Source: an uncultured virus (IMG/VR IMGVR_UViG_3300046678_000325) | Lineage: Duplodnaviria > Heunggongvirae > Uroviricota > Caudoviricetes | Direction: 5' to 3' (one strand) | DNA length: 20,000 bases | Virus record (IMG/VR): IMGVR_UViG_3300046678_000325 | Part shown: positions 16,828 through 20,000 of the stretch, one piece after another | Layout: each line of letters starts with the position of its first letter | Numbering within the stretch: position 1 is the stretch's first letter | Translations under genes and position numbers: made by a program | The notes under the pieces: generated by a model | Databases searched by the model: none | What the model was told of the DNA's origin: nothing | What the model saw: only the letters and a program-made list of their open reading frames with translations

Positions 16828-18519
16828 TTAGATCACATTCCTGTTGAGGAAGGTTGACAGGCCAGATGGAATTTGCAATGCCGGTTGCGTAAGAGCAGCA
16901 GTGGTTGCGAACATTCCAGCGTGGTGCCAATGGTCGGGGTTCCTGTTCTTGCGCCAGCGGCCCACGATCGTCCCTTGTGTATTTTCCTCTTCCAGCCTCA
17001 CCATCTGCGTGAGCTGTGAGTAGAGACCGTTGAACGGCTTACGTGGCATGTCCTCACCGAGCGTCCTTGCATCGATGGGAAGCCAAGCGTTACCGTTGAT
17101 GAAATCTTGAATGAAGCTATCGAGCGCCATCGACTTGTCGATGTTCACACGCCCTGCCTCTCCATGCTTCAGCGGATGGAAAATTGCAGTCTCGCTTTGC
17201 TGCAAGCGATCCTCCGAGAAACCAACTCTCAGCTTGCCGTGGTATTTCAAAGCCAGGTCAGCAGCAAGCTTCTTCTCGGGATGAGCGTCAATGATCCCCG
17301 TCCACTGCGAAAGAGTGCCGAGGAATTTGTCAAGCTCGCTCCACTCTGAAAAGAGCTTGATGTTCCACAGCATCTTCTGACCGTTGCGACCGAATTGCCA
17401 AACCCAGCAGTGAATCTTCGTGCCAACGTCGATGCCGACGCTGAGCCAGGAGTTTGGAATTCCGCCCATCGTGTAGCCCTGCATCCTGCACTTGTCCAGA
17501 AGCTCAACTGTAATCTTGTCACCCGCCGCTGCGTAGGGCCGACCCATGTTGAGATTCCAGAACGACTTCAGCTTGCGAGCTTCCTTCGCGCCCTCGTAGT
17601 AGTCCTTCATAATTTCCACTAGGGGCTGCGTCGGTGAATTCAACTGTGATACGTGGTAGCCACGGATCGAGCCACTGAGATTATGCGGCGACCATCTACC
17701 AAGCGAATTCAGGTGAAGACGTACATCGTCTGAAATTGTCTTCTTGCAGAAGGCGCACTCAACTGCGCATTCCTCCACCGAGTCGCCTACCTTCACGTTG
17801 CTGTAGTCCAGCGCGGGATCGTTGAAGTTAAGAACCTGAAATCTCCCGCAGCTTGGGCATGGGACTTCCCAGCGGTGCTGATCTGAAATTGCCCAGCCGT
17901 CATCTGCATAGACTCCGTATCCATCGACAGTCGGAGTCGAAAGCACGAGGAGCTGCCGGATGATCGAACCGTCCATGCGATGCCGAGCGTCTTCCAGATT
18001 GTCCTCCACCATGCGGTCACGCTCATCCCAAATTTCAAAGTCAACGGGAAACTCCTGAAGCTCCCTCACGATGTTGGTTCCGCGAACGTAGAAATTCACG
18101 CCGCTCTCCGTCTGCTTGTGCAGCCGGTTGTCCACGGATGAAAACCGTTCGGCTAGGCCAGGGTTCGACTCGATGATCGGGTCAATGCGTCCCTGCACGA
18201 AGGGGATTGCGCCGGTCTTCAGGGGCAAGAGGTAGAGGCCGTTCCACTTGCGCTCGATGATGTTGTGGAGCGTTCGTGTAATTGCTGTCACAGTCAGCCG
18301 CATCTGAGCACCCTTTGGAATTACAATGACCGGACTGTAATCCCGGATGATCTGCTCGACGTACTCGCCACCCTCTAGGGTGAAAGGACGTGCATCTACT
18401 CTCAGTTTCATACCAAGTGCCCATTCGTCCGGCCGCGCTAGCGTCCGAAGGGATCTGAAATTTCCAGCTCTAGGCTGGCCTTTTCCCTTTGAAATCTCGG
18501 GTTTGGTCTTTGTGGGCAA
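16828..18519 (-). CDS. terL: Terminase large subunit (lambda GpA family)
   Basis: KGAQ Walker A region, IWDERDRM Walker B, LSTPT coupling motif, VPCPSCG...CAFC Zn motif, GYHVSQL, GIDVG nuclease motif, PDHWHHA; TTG start with GAGG SD. Confidence 0.92.
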   Translation of the reverse strand: MPTKTKPEISKGKGQPRAGNFRSLRTLARPDEWALGMKLRVDARPFTLEGGEYVEQIIRDYSPVIVIPKGAQMRLTVTAITRTLHNIIERKWNGLYLLPLKTGAIPFVQGRIDPIIESNPGLAERFSSVDNRLHKQTESGVNFYVRGTNIVRELQEFPVDFEIWDERDRMVEDNLEDARHRMDGSIIRQLLVLSTPTVDGYGVYADDGWAISDQHRWEVPCPSCGRFQVLNFNDPALDYSNVKVGDSVEECAVECAFCKKTISDDVRLHLNSLGRWSPHNLSGSIRGYHVSQLNSPTQPLVEIMKDYYEGAKEARKLKSFWNLNMGRPYAAAGDKITVELLDKCRMQGYTMGGIPNSWLSVGIDVGTKIHCWVWQFGRNGQKMLWNIKLFSEWSELDKFLGTLSQWTGIIDAHPEKKLAADLALKYHGKLRVGFSEDRLQQSETAIFHPLKHGEAGRVNIDKSMALDSFIQDFINGNAWLPIDARTLGEDMPRKPFNGLYSQLTQMVRLEEENTQGTIVGRWRKNRNPDHWHHAGMFATTAALTQPALQIPSGLSTFLNRNVI

Positions 18520-18595
18520 GTAACCTCGGCAGAAATGTCGAAGTGGCTGTTACCGCCAGAATACAGAGGTTCCCAGCCCACATCATTTCCAAGCG

Positions 18596-18632
18596 AAAAT
18601 GAGAGAAGCCCCCACGGATGGGGACTTCTCTC
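18596..18632 (-). terminator. Probable intrinsic terminator upstream of terL
   Basis: Minus-strand RNA GAGAGAAGUCCCCA-UCCG-UGGGGGCUUCUCUC forms a 14-bp stem (one G-U), followed by AUUUU. Confidence 0.7.
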
Positions 18633-18687
18633 GGCCCGAACGTCAGTCAACCCAGGAGAGGGTACGACGACCCTCCCTTTATAACAC

Positions 18688-19332
18688 CTAAGCGGCTTGG
18701 TGCTGCCTCTCTCGCCTTTGCTTGCGCAGCTCCGACTGCCGCAATTTCTCTTCGTCAGACATTTCAGAATACTTCGCTCTTTTGTTCCTACGGTTCCAGC
18801 ATGTGTCACAGCCATCAGTGTAATTATTCAGCCTGCAACCGCACTCTTTGCACGAGTCTTCGGGGTCGATCAACCGTTTCTGATTGTGCGCCTTAGCTAC
18901 AGGGTGAGCAGAGTATTCATTCTTGCGTCTGATTGAAATTAATTCAAGCATGACCGCACGAACGATCCGCTTCTGCACCTTCTGTTGCTTCAGCTTGCAG
19001 ACCTTCTGAATTGTTTCACGGGCCACGCCTGCACGACGGGCCAGCTCTGTCATTCCTACACGAGACACTGCCTCCTGAAAATACAGGGTTACTTGGCGGC
19101 ATTCGATGTATCCAGCCACATAGCCGGGAGACGCACCGATCCTCTCCCAATTTTCACAGAGCCGACACTTGGAACGTAATTTCCTTCCACTGCCCTTGTA
19201 GAAGTATTTCTCATTGGCAGGCAGATAGACCGGCTCATCATGGGCGATCCCGGTACAGCGCTTGTGCCAGATTCCATTGACCCTCTTGTAATTACCGTTG
19301 TTGACTTGTTGCTGTCTAGGTTGATTTTCCAA
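18688..19332 (-). CDS. Putative DNA-binding regulator (Zn finger + HTH + Zn finger)
   Basis: C....H...CRLC, HTH-like GMTELARRAGVARETIQKV, CKECG...CDTC; basic overall. Confidence 0.65.
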   Translation of the reverse strand: MENQPRQQQVNNGNYKRVNGIWHKRCTGIAHDEPVYLPANEKYFYKGSGRKLRSKCRLCENWERIGASPGYVAGYIECRQVTLYFQEAVSRVGMTELARRAGVARETIQKVCKLKQQKVQKRIVRAVMLELISIRRKNEYSAHPVAKAHNQKRLIDPEDSCKECGCRLNNYTDGCDTCWNRRNKRAKYSEMSDEEKLRQSELRKQRRERQHQAA

Positions 19333-19516
19333 GCGTAGCCCCCTTGTGGTAAATGGAATTTACCTTTTGTCTGATCGTATTCCCCTTGCCTTCATCCTCG
19401 GCCTTCTGCAAGAAGATTCTCGTACCCTCTGACTTGCCGTAAAATTCCACAAAACTGTCGTATGCTCTCTGAGCACCTGCCGACTGCTTTGAAATATCAA
19501 ACGGTAATTCACTCAT
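19316..19516 (-). CDS. Hypothetical protein, 66 aa
   Basis: MSELPFDISKQ...; the internal ATG 19516 overlaps the end of the upstream ORF and fits gene packing better than 19597. Confidence 0.55.
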   Translation of the reverse strand: MSELPFDISKQSAGAQRAYDSFVEFYGKSEGTRIFLQKAEDEGKGNTIRQKVNSIYHKGATLGKST

Positions 19517-19733
19517 GGTCACGCGATCCAACACCGCTGGGTCGTAACTGCGCTTTCCAGATGATCCGACCCCGATAGATGTAACCGGCTTTTTCAATTA
19601 CCTCATCGGTGCAATGCCAATTACCTCTATTGAGACCGGAAACCTCCATCACCTTTTCAGACGCTTTGCGCAACTCATCGGAGCATTCGATCTGTGTCTT
19701 ACCCGTTCCCTCTAAACGAAACCTCGTAATCAT
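19509..19733 (-). CDS. Hypothetical protein, 74 aa
   Basis: ATG preceded by GGTG; fits minus-strand packing. Confidence 0.55.
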   Translation of the reverse strand: MITRFRLEGTGKTQIECSDELRKASEKVMEVSGLNRGNWHCTDEVIEKAGYIYRGRIIWKAQLRPSGVGSRDHE

Positions 19734-19769
19734 GTAATTTCACCGCTCACGGTGTACCGTCCAAAGCGC

Positions 19770-19979
19770 TCATCGAATCATCCGTCTTTCAATTTCATCA
19801 TCGATCATGCCACGCGCCCGCTCCTCGTCTGCTTCATACCGCGCCCTCTCTGCACGGAACTTTGCTGCTTTCGCCTTGATCGCCTCTTGAAACTCCGGTT
19901 GGTGGTATTTCATCCAGCCGTACACACGGCCAAACACAAACCCGCTGAGGAAACTGACGATGATTGTGAAATATGTCAT
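19770..19979 (-). CDS. Small membrane-anchored hypothetical protein
   Basis: MTYFTIIVSFLSGFVFGRVYGW hydrophobic N-terminus followed by a charged helix; probable start ATG 19979. Confidence 0.55.
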   Translation of the reverse strand: MTYFTIIVSFLSGFVFGRVYGWMKYHQPEFQEAIKAKAAKFRAERARYEADEERARGMIDDEIERRMIR

Positions 19980-20000
19980 CGCAGCTCTGCAAGAATGCAA

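Noticed and set aside
18520..18687. tRNA or known riboswitch in the intergenic gap
   Set aside because: No cloverleaf, T-loop or recognisable aptamer consensus; only generic hairpins.
635..19280. All plus-strand ORFs in the track (e.g. 5586..6431, 10043..10663, 13486..14154, 15031..15597)
   Set aside because: They are antisense shadows of well-supported minus-strand genes, expected in GC-rich DNA, with no recognisable motifs.
19747..19773. 8-codon mini-ORF MSALDGTP overlapping a stop codon (ATGA)
   Set aside because: Too short to support.
51..19797. Identification of the AATT motif as a CodY box or RAATTY methylation site
   Set aside because: CodY needs AATTTTCWGAAAATT, which is not seen; many sites are GTAATT or GAAATTG/A, which do not fit RAATTY.
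1..20000. Frequent GATC/CGATCG (HIP1- or Dam-like)
   Set aside because: Plausibly explained by ATC Ile codons after G-ending codons in GC-rich genes; I could not establish enrichment by eye.
1..20000. Host assignment and prophage versus lytic status
   Set aside because: No integrase, att site, host gene or diagnostic marker in the window; GC content and gene style alone are insufficient.

Overview
This window is the morphogenesis (late) region of a tailed phage or prophage with a contractile tail, about 55-57% GC by eye. Every credible gene is on the minus strand and many are coupled by overlapping stop/start codons. In transcription order (right to left): small hypothetical genes; a Zn-finger/HTH protein; a structured intergenic region with a terminator; a lambda-GpA-type terminase large subunit; a TerS-like HTH protein; portal; seven very basic proteins (five missed by the ORF track); a prohead protease-scaffold; a protein with an E3-binding (PSBD-like) domain; a decoration protein; the major capsid protein; a fibre module with a 1046-aa repeat protein carrying a LamG-like insert; neck genes; a short tail sheath; tail tube; a Zn-ribbon protein; a tail chaperone with a -1 frameshift; and the start of the tape measure gene. 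Two signals are not explained by the gene list. (1) The motif GWAATT/AATTWC (full form TGWAATTWCA) is strongly enriched across the window, roughly 140 hexamer matches by manual count, on both strands, in several codon frames and in many SD-to-start spacers. (2) The protamine-like cassette sits between portal and protease. Together they may form an undescribed genome-condensation or genome-coating system, which is inference. All product calls come from motif recognition and synteny, and all counts are by eye; no database search was run.
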